Positions 8,249 to 18,255 are shown, counted from the first letter of the stretch. The stretch is 64,000 nt of DNA from Chloroflexota bacterium (GCA_964291655.2 OZ219802.1:384001-448000); one strand, 5' to 3'. The notes: generated from the sequence alone by a model not told the origin. Numbers and translations: made by a program.

Positions 8249-9994
8249 TTACGACGACTCTAAGGAGTCGTTTGCCTTCAAGAAGTCCTCGGGGGCTGTA
8301 AAGGCATTCAAGAAGAGGGGAGTACCGGCAAATGAAAGAGGAGAAACGGGGCCTATGGTCATGAACGAGTACTCCCGAGAGGCTAGGTCGAACGATGATT
8401 GCGGATCACGGAAGAGTTGATAGAGTTCTAGGGCTTTGCTGCGGCCACCAACTAGATCACGCAGAGCCTGAAATTCACTACCCATCGACAGACCAAAACC
8501 GAAGAAGTAGATACGCAATTGATCTGCAATTGCGCGGTCCAGACTTGACAGCGTAGGTGAAATGAACATCCAACCAACCCCATACTTTCGGGTTGTCCGC
8601 ACCGAGTCTATAAAGATTCTCCGGACTTGCTTGATAGTCTCATTGTCAAGACTTCCAGATGGGGCTAAACGATGTGCTTCATCCATTAAGACTAACGTAT
8701 TGAGACTCTTCTTATTGGCATAAGCGTGCTCAGCAGAGACACGAATTCCTTCCAAGAGCCGCCTAATAATGAGTGCCTGAATTGTCTCGTTCCAAAACAA
8801 ACTTTCACTACTCTGAGCTGCTAGGTCCACTATGATCAGAGGTTTGTCTTGGGGATTGAACAAGCTGCTCAGGATTGACCCCACCGATTGTGTTCCGGAT
8901 CGACTCTTGTCAAATAGGCGAGTAATTGGTTGCCAATACTCATAGAATTCATCGGGGTCAGCATCGACATACTGCGAATTAAAGCGATTTCGAGATTCAG
9001 CCCCAAGGTAGAACAGTTCCTGCACACTCTCTTGGCCAAGAATACCCCAAGCCTTTTCGAAAGACTCCCGTTTGTGCAGGTCTGTCAGTTTGACCCTCTT
9101 CTTCTGCAGATTGTCACTCAAGACACCGGCAGCTGCTTCTTGCTTCCCGCCTTTAGATACGCTGAGCCTATCAAAAAACGAGGACTCGCTAAGGACTTGG
9201 GCAAACAAGTCCCACCTATCAAGAACTAGATTCTGCACGCTTATGACCCTCGTCGTTTTCTTGATCCCAGCCAATACTTCCTTGACCGGAAGCTGAAAAC
9301 TCCCCATAGCTCCCGAACCCGAAACATCCTGCGAGAATTCACCTTTTGGGTCGATTACTAGAATGCCCATTCTCTTGTAACGGGCGTAAGCCAGCATGAT
9401 CATTCTTGCTAAGACTGACTTTCCCGAACCCGTCTTGCCGAAAATCCCAAGGTGATAGGCTTCTCCTGCTCCATCAGCACCGGTATCGAAGTGCTTGAAC
9501 CACAGCGGTAGCTTAGGCTTTGAGCCGTAGACATGACCCAAGTAAAAGATCTGTTCCTTGTATGGTTCGAGCAAGACTTCCAAGACCTGATCATCAACTA
9601 GATGTACGTACGTTCCTGTAGCCGGTACCGTCCCAAGACTGCTGGGGCGGTACTTTCCATTCTGGTCAGAAAAGACTGCGCTGACTCCCATCTCACCTTG
9701 GTGGGTATCCTGACGTTCGCTCACAGCATCGACCGTGCCTCGCTGGCGAATCAGGCTCCGCATTGTAGGGTCTTCATGCCAGATGTTTCGCAGTGCTATT
9801 TCAGTAATCTGTCCGAGCGCGTAATGGTCAGAGTTATCTTGTAGGTAACGAAACAAAGCCAGTTCGCCTATTAGCTTTTTGTTGACAGCACTAGCCAAAA
9901 TGTCAAGCGCAAGTTCCGATGTAGAAGACGGAGAACCAATGACGCCTATTCTCTCGGACTGATCAACCAACTTGCTCATTACTTGAATCGACAT
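8249..9994 (-). CDS. herA: HerA-family (DUF87, FtsK/HerA) ATPase/helicase
   Basis: N-terminal HAS-barrel-like region, Walker A HLGIFGKTGSGKS, IDPKGEF, Walker B LVLMDEAH, arginine finger RKYG. Confidence 0.88.
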   Translation of the reverse strand: MSIQVMSKLVDQSERIGVIGSPSSTSELALDILASAVNKKLIGELALFRYLQDNSDHYALGQITEIALRNIWHEDPTMRSLIRQRGTVDAVSERQDTHQGEMGVSAVFSDQNGKYRPSSLGTVPATGTYVHLVDDQVLEVLLEPYKEQIFYLGHVYGSKPKLPLWFKHFDTGADGAGEAYHLGIFGKTGSGKSVLARMIMLAYARYKRMGILVIDPKGEFSQDVSGSGAMGSFQLPVKEVLAGIKKTTRVISVQNLVLDRWDLFAQVLSESSFFDRLSVSKGGKQEAAAGVLSDNLQKKRVKLTDLHKRESFEKAWGILGQESVQELFYLGAESRNRFNSQYVDADPDEFYEYWQPITRLFDKSRSGTQSVGSILSSLFNPQDKPLIIVDLAAQSSESLFWNETIQALIIRRLLEGIRVSAEHAYANKKSLNTLVLMDEAHRLAPSGSLDNETIKQVRRIFIDSVRTTRKYGVGWMFISPTLSSLDRAIADQLRIYFFGFGLSMGSEFQALRDLVGGRSKALELYQLFRDPQSSFDLASREYSFMTIGPVSPLSFAGTPLFLNAFTAPEDFLKANDSLESS

Positions 9995-9996
9995 TG

Positions 9997-11157
9997 TTAC
10001 CTTCCTGCCTCTGTCCGATAGCTATGAAGGCCAACGAATACATCATCAATGTTGCCTTGGTAGTCTTCCGCAAGATACTGACTGGCAATTTGGCGAAATG
10101 CAGGAACAGCTTGGGGCAAGTGCTTGACCATTCTGTCCGCCAGATAAAGCGGGTATGGTTCCATAATGGCCGCAGTGCCGCACTGGTCCTTGATGCCCTG
10201 CAACGCTATGCTCAGCCGACCTTGATTACTGGCAATGGCTCGGCTCATCTCCAACCGCAAAGCTGGCATATAGGAGTGGGGACGATAGTAGAGAACATAG
10301 ATGTCGCCCAAGAGACTAGTGACTTGGTCGACCAGTTTGTTTATTTCATCTCGTTCAGCGTTTTCGACAATTCCATCGACCACTGAAGTGTCGATGTGCC
10401 ATGGCTGAGAAGGTTGCAATAGTTGAGTAGGTGACGTGTATTCGCCTGCTTCCAAGACAGAGCTAAGTAGTCCACGGTCATCATATGACTCGGGCCAGCC
10501 CAATTCACTACCTATTTCTCGACGAGTAGTGTACTTTGGCACCGCTACCCACTGACGGTCACTACGCTGGGCTGCTAACACAGTACAGTAAGCATCCAAG
10601 AAAAACCTGACTCTCCTGATTAAGTATTCTTCAACGGTCTTGAGGTTTGGATACTCTTTAGCTTTGTTGAATCCTTGATTGAAGTATATGGCTGGCGTGG
10701 TAAATGACCCATCCAAAAGTACAAGCTCGTGAGGGGCGTCTGCGGCCAAGTGCAATTCCATACCAATCATCCCTGCGCGCAAGACAGACCCAGTATCAGG
10801 ATTATGGGCTTCAGTCTCGACATGAACAAAGTGAGTGGGCTCGGGCCAGAACCGTTTCTCAGAAGGAGGAGTCAAACCTTCGACCGCTACCGCGCCCGCT
10901 ACGACCAAATCCGTGGCGAGCAGTCTTTCAACGGCATAAGACCCGTCTACACCACAAGTGGTGGGGCTTTGCACTCGTGGCAGGCTGGAGTCACGTCTTG
11001 CCTTGCCAGAGTCAATTAGCTGGTCGCGCCACTCTTGCTTTTTCTTGCGTAACTCCTCAAAGGACTCCAATAGTTCTTTCCCTATTCCCTTTGTTCGGTT
11101 AAGCACCTCGTCAACAAGCGACTTTGGCAATTCCCTAAAGCTAGACTGTTCGTCCAT
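9997..11157 (-). CDS. nurA: NurA-family nuclease
   Basis: TCGVDGS and LVLLDGS catalytic Asp motifs, AVPK, C-terminal PYPLYLADRMVK; start moved to ATG 11157 after GGAGAAG RBS. Confidence 0.85.
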   Translation of the reverse strand: MDEQSSFRELPKSLVDEVLNRTKGIGKELLESFEELRKKKQEWRDQLIDSGKARRDSSLPRVQSPTTCGVDGSYAVERLLATDLVVAGAVAVEGLTPPSEKRFWPEPTHFVHVETEAHNPDTGSVLRAGMIGMELHLAADAPHELVLLDGSFTTPAIYFNQGFNKAKEYPNLKTVEEYLIRRVRFFLDAYCTVLAAQRSDRQWVAVPKYTTRREIGSELGWPESYDDRGLLSSVLEAGEYTSPTQLLQPSQPWHIDTSVVDGIVENAERDEINKLVDQVTSLLGDIYVLYYRPHSYMPALRLEMSRAIASNQGRLSIALQGIKDQCGTAAIMEPYPLYLADRMVKHLPQAVPAFRQIASQYLAEDYQGNIDDVFVGLHSYRTEAGR

Positions 11158-12319
11158 TGCCTTCTCCGTTTGACCATAGCTGCAACTCTTGAGGGCTCCA
11201 GTCAATGTGCCGTTTCTCACGTTGACTACGTGGCATCAGCCATCTTTCACGATACCAACCGAAGAGTTCGCTTACAGGTTGATCATAGTAGTCCAGCTTC
11301 GAAGCACCACCACTTAGGAATTGGCGAGCATTCTCCGCTAACGGAGAAACGAATATCTCTCGATTGATTCCATGATTCCGCCATTCCTGCGGCAACCCCA
11401 ATGCAATGAGCACTTTTTGAAGGACTTCCCTTCTGTTCCTGAAACCATTTCCCCACGCTTGATGCTTAGCAGTAGCCCTTGAGTTTATTCTAGCAAATTC
11501 CACCATAGACTCGTAAATCCCGTTGGAGATGTGGAATTCACCAAACCCACGAGTGAACCCTACCGACCTAAACACCAATCGATCATTGAATCTCAATCGA
11601 TTGTAGAGCGACGACCTACCCAAGGCAGAGGTAGTGGTAACCAGAGCAATCTGCCCGGTTAGCTCTCTTTGCTGAATTAAGGATGCCCTTCCTTCATATT
11701 TGACCCTAAATGCCTCTCGTACTTCATTGCTTGCGGCCAGCAAAGCAATGAGCTTGCCTCCTAGCAAGAATGAATATGGGGGAACCGCTCCCAACACGTA
11801 AGCATCTACAACATGGTGAAGCCTCTCAATTCGACCCTCCTTTTCCCAACCGATCCACTGGTCCCGGTTCTTTAGGCTAAAGACAGGATCCCCCAAGCCG
11901 AAAAGGCCCATCAGCTTGTCCGAGTATTGATCCACTACGAGAAATCTCAATCTTCGCCCATATCCCGAAGACACCGGGATGCTCCAGTGCAGACTTGCAT
12001 ATCGGAATAACAGTTCGTCATTCGTATTCGGATGGACTTCGACCAGCTTGGGGTTGATTTCATCAATATCAATGTCTCTCCCAGAAGCAAAACGTTGTAA
12101 TAGTGAGGGTTCGTGCTTGAGAAGTCCTTTCCTGCGCTGACTCAGTCTATGGTGAACCGCTTCAGAATGCAGGGATCTTATCGTGTCCTTGTCCAAGTCA
12201 TTGGGCAAGTAGAACTGGTTGTCCCGCAGCACAAAACCTTGCTTCTCAAGGGACGCCAGAATGCGTGCTTTGAGGAGTTCTGGATCATTCTTCTCAGTGG
12301 TGTCAGGGTTAGTCGACAA
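11141..12319 (-). CDS. DruA-like (DUF4338) protein
   Basis: WSIPVSSGYGRRLRFLVVD..DKLMGLFGLGDPVF..RDQWIGW, VLGAVPPYSFLLGGKLIA, TTTSALGRSSLYNRL, GFTRGFGEFH match the Druantia DruA pattern as I recall it. Confidence 0.8.
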   Translation of the reverse strand: MSTNPDTTEKNDPELLKARILASLEKQGFVLRDNQFYLPNDLDKDTIRSLHSEAVHHRLSQRRKGLLKHEPSLLQRFASGRDIDIDEINPKLVEVHPNTNDELLFRYASLHWSIPVSSGYGRRLRFLVVDQYSDKLMGLFGLGDPVFSLKNRDQWIGWEKEGRIERLHHVVDAYVLGAVPPYSFLLGGKLIALLAASNEVREAFRVKYEGRASLIQQRELTGQIALVTTTSALGRSSLYNRLRFNDRLVFRSVGFTRGFGEFHISNGIYESMVEFARINSRATAKHQAWGNGFRNRREVLQKVLIALGLPQEWRNHGINREIFVSPLAENARQFLSGGASKLDYYDQPVSELFGWYRERWLMPRSQREKRHIDWSPQELQLWSNGEGNGRTV

Positions 12320-12516
12320 TTGCTAGTCTCGTTCTGCAGTCAGTTTTTCCTGGACCATACCCATTATATGGCAAGATATGGGAATGCATCTGGAGGTAGC
12401 AGCAGCCTTGTCGATTACTTTGGCCGATTCTTGCCCAGCTTGCGAGACACATAGCCGAGCGACGCCAACAGAAGAAACCGTCAGCGTCGCTCCGTGAATT
12501 AGCTGCCTAAACTACC

Positions 12517-14373
12517 CTATTGATCCAACCGGTACAGATACCGAATATCCCACAGCCCATATAGTGTTGGCGTCGTATTCCCGAACTCGTTGCGGGTGGC
12601 GGTGAGGCGTTCGGACTGGGTAGTGTAGATGATGGGGAGGTTTTCGGCGATGATTTCTTGGGCGTAGTGGTAGAGTTCCACGCGCATATCGTGGTCGAGT
12701 TCCTGGCTGGCCTGGATGTAGAGGTGATCGACCAAAGCCTCCCACTCGGTGGCGGGCTCCGGCTGGTTGGGGTACCAGAGGTGGAAGGCCTCGCTGCTAT
12801 GCCAGAAGCTGATACCGCTGTAGGGGTCCGAGCCGCCGGAGAAGCCGACCACCATGGCCTCCCACTCGTAGGAAGTAATCAAACGGTCGACGAGATCGCC
12901 AAACTCGATTGACTCATACTCCGCCTTGACGCCGATCTCCTTCATCCCGTCCGCGATGTGCTGCGTGACGGCCCCGCGCACGGAGTTGTCGCCGTTCGTC
13001 ACCAGCGTAAACTCAATGGTGTTGCCGTCTTTATCCTCGCGAATGCCGTCGCCGTTGGTATCCAGCCAGCCGAGGCTATCCAGGATAGCGTTGGCCTGGG
13101 CGATGTCGTAGGGATACCGGCGCACGTCCGGATTATGAAAATCGCCGGCCGCCGGGCTGATGGAGGCCCACTGCGGGTAGCCGAGCCCGTGCAGGATGTC
13201 CCTGACGATAGCGTCCTTATCGATGCTGTGAGCGACGGCCTGGCGGAACTGCGTATTCTGGAACCAGGCCAGTTTCTCCGGCGGCACGTAGGGCGCGCCG
13301 GTCTCCGCGTTCGCGCCGGGGTTCAGGTTGAAGCCGAGGAACGTGGTGCCGAACGCCGGGCCACGGCGGTGAATGGTAAAGTTGCCCTCCGCTTCCAGCG
13401 TTTTCAGGTCTGCGTACTCCTCGCCCAAGACGCCGTGGACGTCCGTCTCACCGGCTTTGAACAGGGCAAGCTCGGTCTCTAAGTCGTCCACGATGTGATA
13501 GACGATCGTATCCAAGTACGGCAGCGCATTGCCTTGTGCGTCCTGGAGCCAGTAATTGGGATTGTGCCGCAGCACCACGCGTTCATCGACGTCGTAGCGC
13601 TCGATGGTGAACGGGCCGGTGCCGATGACTTCACGCGGGTCTGTCTCGATATCCCACAGGGAAGCGAACGTGCCGTCGTTCACGTGGGGTTCCAGGATGT
13701 GCTTCGGATAGATTGCCGTACCCATGGAGCGCAGGAACGGCGCAAAGGAGACCGGCAGCACGCACTCGATGGTGTACTCATCTAGCGCGCGCACGGTCAT
13801 GCGGCCTTCCGTCCACTCGCCGCTCTCTGCATCTATGTAACGGAAGGTGAAGGCGGCGCGCGTCGTAGTGGGAATGTCGTCGTTGTAGATGATGCGATTG
13901 AAGGTGAAGTCCACATCCTGGGCGGTGAACGGCTCGCCGTCGTGCCAGGTCACGTCTTTGCGCAGGTAGAAAATCCAGGTCATGCCGTCCTCGGAGCGCT
14001 CCCACGACTCAGCCAAAGCCGGTTCCACCTCATTGGTCAACCACGATGTCTCGGTGAGACCTTCGAAGAGATAACCGAGGTACCCGGATGACGAAGAATC
14101 ATTGGCAAGCGCCAGATTAAAGGTCAGCGGTTCGCCAATTGTAGAGTAGGTAATCTGCCCGCCATGCGTGCCGATGGTGTACGCAAACCCCTCGGCACTT
14201 TCCTTGAGTTCGGCGACGATTGTCTCATAATCGTGATCGGCAATAGTTTCGACTTGATCGGGCTGCTCGGTAGGCTGAACCGTGGTGTAGACGCCGCATG
14301 AAGATACGATCAGCACCGCGACGAGCGCCAAAAAGGCGAGCACGAAGCTTCGTGGCCGCAGCCTTGCTCGCAC
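12517..14373 (-). CDS. Peptide/oligopeptide ABC transporter substrate-binding lipoprotein (family 5)
   Basis: Lipobox IVSSC, PALAESWE, LRKDVTWHDGEPFTAQDV, GTGPF, RQAVAHSID; start probably GTG 14373 rather than 14505. Confidence 0.9.
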   Translation of the reverse strand: MRARLRPRSFVLAFLALVAVLIVSSCGVYTTVQPTEQPDQVETIADHDYETIVAELKESAEGFAYTIGTHGGQITYSTIGEPLTFNLALANDSSSSGYLGYLFEGLTETSWLTNEVEPALAESWERSEDGMTWIFYLRKDVTWHDGEPFTAQDVDFTFNRIIYNDDIPTTTRAAFTFRYIDAESGEWTEGRMTVRALDEYTIECVLPVSFAPFLRSMGTAIYPKHILEPHVNDGTFASLWDIETDPREVIGTGPFTIERYDVDERVVLRHNPNYWLQDAQGNALPYLDTIVYHIVDDLETELALFKAGETDVHGVLGEEYADLKTLEAEGNFTIHRRGPAFGTTFLGFNLNPGANAETGAPYVPPEKLAWFQNTQFRQAVAHSIDKDAIVRDILHGLGYPQWASISPAAGDFHNPDVRRYPYDIAQANAILDSLGWLDTNGDGIREDKDGNTIEFTLVTNGDNSVRGAVTQHIADGMKEIGVKAEYESIEFGDLVDRLITSYEWEAMVVGFSGGSDPYSGISFWHSSEAFHLWYPNQPEPATEWEALVDHLYIQASQELDHDMRVELYHYAQEIIAENLPIIYTTQSERLTATRNEFGNTTPTLYGLWDIRYLYRLDQ

Positions 14374-14760
14374 AATTCCGCCTGTCTGCGACGCTGGAAT
14401 GCCGTGCCTGCATTGCACCGCCCTGGTTGCAGGAATCCGAAAGAATCGCATACTTCTTCCTCCTTGGAAGAGTCTCAAGAAGTCGCCTGTGAATTCTTGA
14501 AACAAGACTTACTTGGCCCTAGTCGTTATGAGGCCACATTCAGCCGCCTCGTAGCCTCTCTCTCACATTTATTTCAACTGTAGCACTTTGGCTGCGGCGC
14601 TAGTGTAGATTCGCTTACAGCTTCTCCGGGTTGTTGGCGCTCCGTGAAAATCAGGCAACCGACGCAAAGCAAATCCCTTGAAAAACTACGCGACGGTACG
14701 TGCCATCACGCGCATTCCCCTTCCCAGCGGGCCACTCTTCCCATGGCTGGAGGGCGGTGC

Positions 14761-15552
14761 TCACTTGACCAGTCGCCGGTGCAATAGCGTGGTGGCGATG
14801 GGGAATAGCGCGGCGGTCAGAGCGAATACATAGAGTAGGGCAAATAGATGCGAAATCCCCAACTCCCCGGTCACGAATCCCCGCGCCAAGTGCACAGAGG
14901 AGGTGAGGGGCGCAGCCCACGCTATCGGCTCTACCCAATCCGGCATGACGGCAATCGGGAAGAACGCGCCGCTGAAGAAGTAAAGAGGACTTGCTACTAC
15001 AGTGAAGGTCAGCGACAGAATGTGCACGTTCGGAGAGAGCGCGGCGAATATGAGACCCAGCGCCCCAAACTGCATGCCAACCAGCGCCGCTGCCAGCAGG
15101 ACGCCCACGCCGGACACGTTGTCAATCCACCCAAACAGTGCCGCCACCGTCCCTATGCACACAGCGGTGAGGACCGTCCTGGTCATGGACCAGGCTATGT
15201 CGCCCATAGCGATCTCCCGCGTGCTCACCGGTGCGGTCAGCGTTGTTTCATACACACCCTTCTGAATGCGCATGAACCCTCCCCAAGAGCACTCGAAAAT
15301 AGCATGGAACATGGCAGAGCCAATGATGACTCCGGGAGTAACGAACTTTGCGTACGGTACCCCATCGACACTATCCACCAACGTGCCAACACCGATGCCA
15401 ATGGCCATGAGGATGACGAATGGCTCTACGAAATACCACGATAAAGATGTAAGCAAGTTGCGCCTGAGCACCAGGGCGTGCCGGTACCAAATCCCGGTAA
15501 TGCTGCGCAGCCTGACGCCGGCGAGGTATGTGTTGGGTGCGGCAACGTTCAC
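14761..15552 (-). CDS. ABC-2 type exporter permease (NodJ-like)
   Basis: Six TM segments, Y..FVTPG, FFSGAFFP..MP.W; 4-bp overlap with the ATPase gene. Confidence 0.88.
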   Translation of the reverse strand: MNVAAPNTYLAGVRLRSITGIWYRHALVLRRNLLTSLSWYFVEPFVILMAIGIGVGTLVDSVDGVPYAKFVTPGVIIGSAMFHAIFECSWGGFMRIQKGVYETTLTAPVSTREIAMGDIAWSMTRTVLTAVCIGTVAALFGWIDNVSGVGVLLAAALVGMQFGALGLIFAALSPNVHILSLTFTVVASPLYFFSGAFFPIAVMPDWVEPIAWAAPLTSSVHLARGFVTGELGISHLFALLYVFALTAALFPIATTLLHRRLVK

Positions 15553-16478
15553 TCGTCCGTCAGCTTCCTGCCCGCCATGGCCAAGAAAACGTCCTCGAGA
15601 TTCGAAGACCGGTAGGAGACGCGTACGCCTTCCAAGCCGGAGAGATCGGGACGCTCACCGTTACGGGATGTGACAGTGATTATCGCACCGGCTTCCCGAT
15701 AGTCGAATCCGGCGCTTTCGATCCAGCCCACAACGTCTTGCCGTACGCCATTAGACACCCGTACCTGCGCCACCTCCGGCCCCGCGTGCTTGTTTACGAC
15801 TTCGTCCGGCGCGCCCTCAGCGAGGATCTTGCCGTGGTGCATGATGGCGAGCCGGTCGCACAAGGCCGTGGCTTCATCCATGTAATGCGTGGACATGAGA
15901 ATAGTCACGCCTGCCTGCTTCATGGTATCCAGTTCTTGCCAGACGCGATTGCGGCCTTGCGGGTCGAGTCCGGTTGTGGGCTCGTCGAGCACGATTACTT
16001 GCGGGTTCGTCATGAATGCCCTGGCAATCGCGAGACGCCGCTTCATGCCACCCGAAAGATAGTCGATTTCCCCATCCGCCTTGTCGGTCAAGTCGAAGAA
16101 CATCAGCACGGCGTCCGCTCGCTTTTCAGCTTCCTTGCGTGAAAGCCCAGCGATGAAGCCATACGTAATGAGGTTACTCTTGGCATCAAGATCAGTATCG
16201 AGACCGTCCTCCTGGGTAACGACACCGAGGATGTTGCGGACTTCTCTCGCCTGCCGGGACACGTCGATGCCTGCAACGGTCAGTTCCCCTGCAGTCAAAG
16301 GAGATAATCCGCTTACCATGCGCATGGTAGTGGTCTTGCCCGCGCCGTTCGGACCGAGCAGGCCGTAGGTCTCGCCGCGGCTAACCTCGAAAGAGACTCC
16401 GTCCACTGCGACGGTTTCGCCAAACCGTTTGGAAATGTCGGTTGCGCGAATGACAATTCGGTTGCTCGAGCCGCTCAC
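15549..16478 (-). CDS. ABC exporter ATP-binding protein (NodI/DrrA-like)
   Basis: GPNGAGKTT, LSGGMKRRL, LDEPTTGLD, STHYMDEA. Confidence 0.93.
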   Translation of the reverse strand: MSGSSNRIVIRATDISKRFGETVAVDGVSFEVSRGETYGLLGPNGAGKTTTMRMVSGLSPLTAGELTVAGIDVSRQAREVRNILGVVTQEDGLDTDLDAKSNLITYGFIAGLSRKEAEKRADAVLMFFDLTDKADGEIDYLSGGMKRRLAIARAFMTNPQVIVLDEPTTGLDPQGRNRVWQELDTMKQAGVTILMSTHYMDEATALCDRLAIMHHGKILAEGAPDEVVNKHAGPEVAQVRVSNGVRQDVVGWIESAGFDYREAGAIITVTSRNGERPDLSGLEGVRVSYRSSNLEDVFLAMAGRKLTDE

Positions 16479-16591
16479 CCCTACTCCTTTGTTCCGACTT
16501 CAAACAGACAGACAGCCCTAGACCGCAGCAGACAGTCCGCATGATACTGAGGAGCCGATCTCTTCAGGTCGGCGAAATTCGACGATAGGAT

Positions 16592-16667
16592 TGGCACGCC
16601 TGGAGGGATTCGAACCCCCGACCCTCGGTTCCGAAGACCGATGCTCTGTCCACTGAGCTACAGGCGC
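16592..16667 (-). tRNA. tRNA-Arg (anticodon TCG)
   Basis: Reverse complement GCGCCTGTAGCTCAGTGGACAGAGCATCGGTCTTCGGAACCGAGGGTCGGGGGTTCGAATCCCTCCAGGCGTGCCA: 76 nt cloverleaf, GTTCGAATC T-loop, encoded CCA. Confidence 0.95.
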
Positions 16668-16899
16668 ATGGCGTTCTCTTACCAGTATAACAGGGGTACG
16701 GGAGGAGTCTCGGAGTCAAATAAGACTGGAAAGGCCGGCAGCAGACTACCAATACTGAACAGCAAGACTAGGCTTCAGCCATGTCTCTCGCTGTTGGTTT
16801 CCCGCAGGGACTCTAGATTCCGCAAACGTCGTTCAACGCTGCGCTCGAAATAACAACCCAACGGCTTGGTTGCTGGAGCAGGGCGTCCCACTTTCACTG

Positions 16900-18186
16900 T
16901 TAGGGGCTAACGACAGTGCCATCGTCGCGGCGCAGGGGCGCCCAACCACCGCCATATGGCATTTCCGGCAAGGGGAAACGCGCCGCCAACTCTTCGTCGA
17001 GCTCAACGCCGAGGCCAGGTCGTTCGCTCGACCACATTGCCCCGTTGCGAATCTCAGGCGTACCGGGAAACACGTCCTGTGCAGCCTGGTTGAACACGTG
17101 CTGCTCCTGAATGCCAAAGTTGTGGCAGGCAAAATCTAGATGCATGTTGGCTGCATGTCCCACAGGAGAAACATCTGCCGGGCCGTGCCATGCCGTGCGC
17201 ACGCCGTAGAATTCACAAAAAGCCGCCAGCTTGCGGGCCACCGAAATGCCGCCAATGTCGGAGATGTGGACCCTGATAAAGTCGATAAGCCGTTCTTGAA
17301 TCAGGGGCACATACTCGGCCTGATTGACAAAGAGTTCGCCCATGGCAATTGGGGTCGTGGTCTGCTGGCGCATGATGCGAAAGTAGCCGTTATCCTCCGG
17401 CGCCAGCGGGTCCTCCAGGAAGAATAGATTGAAGGGTTCTAGCGCCTTCGCCAGGCCAAGCGCCTGCACCGGCGGAATGCGCTCGTGCACGTCGTGGAGC
17501 AGTTCCACACTATCACCTAATTGGTCGCGCAGGTGCTCAAAGAGACGGGGCACCTTCCGCACGTACGGCGTTGGCTCCCAAGCACCCTCTAGAGCTCCAT
17601 GATCCACTCCGAGCACTTCGTCATCGGGTGTGCCGGCATGCCCATCTTGGCTGCCCGGTTCGCCTTGGGCCGAGCGCTGCCAACCGGTGGCGTTGCTGCC
17701 GGCGCTGTATCTCGCCAATCCCGGCTCCGACGTTGAACATTTCACATAGCGGTACCCCTGTTCCATAAGCCCGCGCACGGACTCTTCCACCGCGTGCACA
17801 TCGTCGCCGCCGGCGGCGGCATAGAGCGGGACATAGTCCCGGCATTTGCCGCCAAAGAGCTGGTACAGGGGCACGTTTGCGCACTTGCCCTTTATGTCCC
17901 ACAGCGCCGCATCCACTCCCGCCAGGGCGTTATTCAGCACCGGTCCGCTGCGCCAGTAGGAACTCACGTAGGCCGACTGCCAGATGTCCTCGATGGCGGA
18001 CGGGTCCTTGCCGACCAGGAAGGGGCGCAAGTAGTCGTTGACAGCAGTTACAACGGTCAGTGGGCGTTGCCTGAACGTGGCACAGCCCAAGCCGTGGAGA
18101 CCGGGCGTGCTCGTCTCGACTTTGACGACGACAAGCGCAAGGCCTGCCGGCGCGGTACAGATAGCGCGTACGTCTGTGATGCGCAT
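16900..18186 (-). CDS. Enolase-superfamily sugar-acid dehydratase (RspA/mannonate dehydratase-like)
   Basis: GLGCATF, YWRSGPV, ALWDIKGK, LLHDVHER, FFLEDP, MGELF, AWHGP, FGIQE. Confidence 0.9.
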   Translation of the reverse strand: MRITDVRAICTAPAGLALVVVKVETSTPGLHGLGCATFRQRPLTVVTAVNDYLRPFLVGKDPSAIEDIWQSAYVSSYWRSGPVLNNALAGVDAALWDIKGKCANVPLYQLFGGKCRDYVPLYAAAGGDDVHAVEESVRGLMEQGYRYVKCSTSEPGLARYSAGSNATGWQRSAQGEPGSQDGHAGTPDDEVLGVDHGALEGAWEPTPYVRKVPRLFEHLRDQLGDSVELLHDVHERIPPVQALGLAKALEPFNLFFLEDPLAPEDNGYFRIMRQQTTTPIAMGELFVNQAEYVPLIQERLIDFIRVHISDIGGISVARKLAAFCEFYGVRTAWHGPADVSPVGHAANMHLDFACHNFGIQEQHVFNQAAQDVFPGTPEIRNGAMWSSERPGLGVELDEELAARFPLPEMPYGGGWAPLRRDDGTVVSP

Positions 18187-18255
18187 GAGTGAAACTCCTC
18201 AAGAGGGCGCGTCCCGAGTCTATGCCACGGTAAGCGGCCGTCGCTTGCCGCCACG

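Noticed and set aside
8249-11157. Ordinary housekeeping NurA-HerA repair operon
   Set aside because: Not fully excluded, but the foreign base composition, overlap with a druA-like gene and absence of mre11/rad50 neighbours argue against it.
1-16592. Genomic island anchored at the 3' end of tRNA-Arg
   Set aside because: No integrase and no duplicate of the tRNA 3' end seen by eye; the region contains host-like genes such as moeA.
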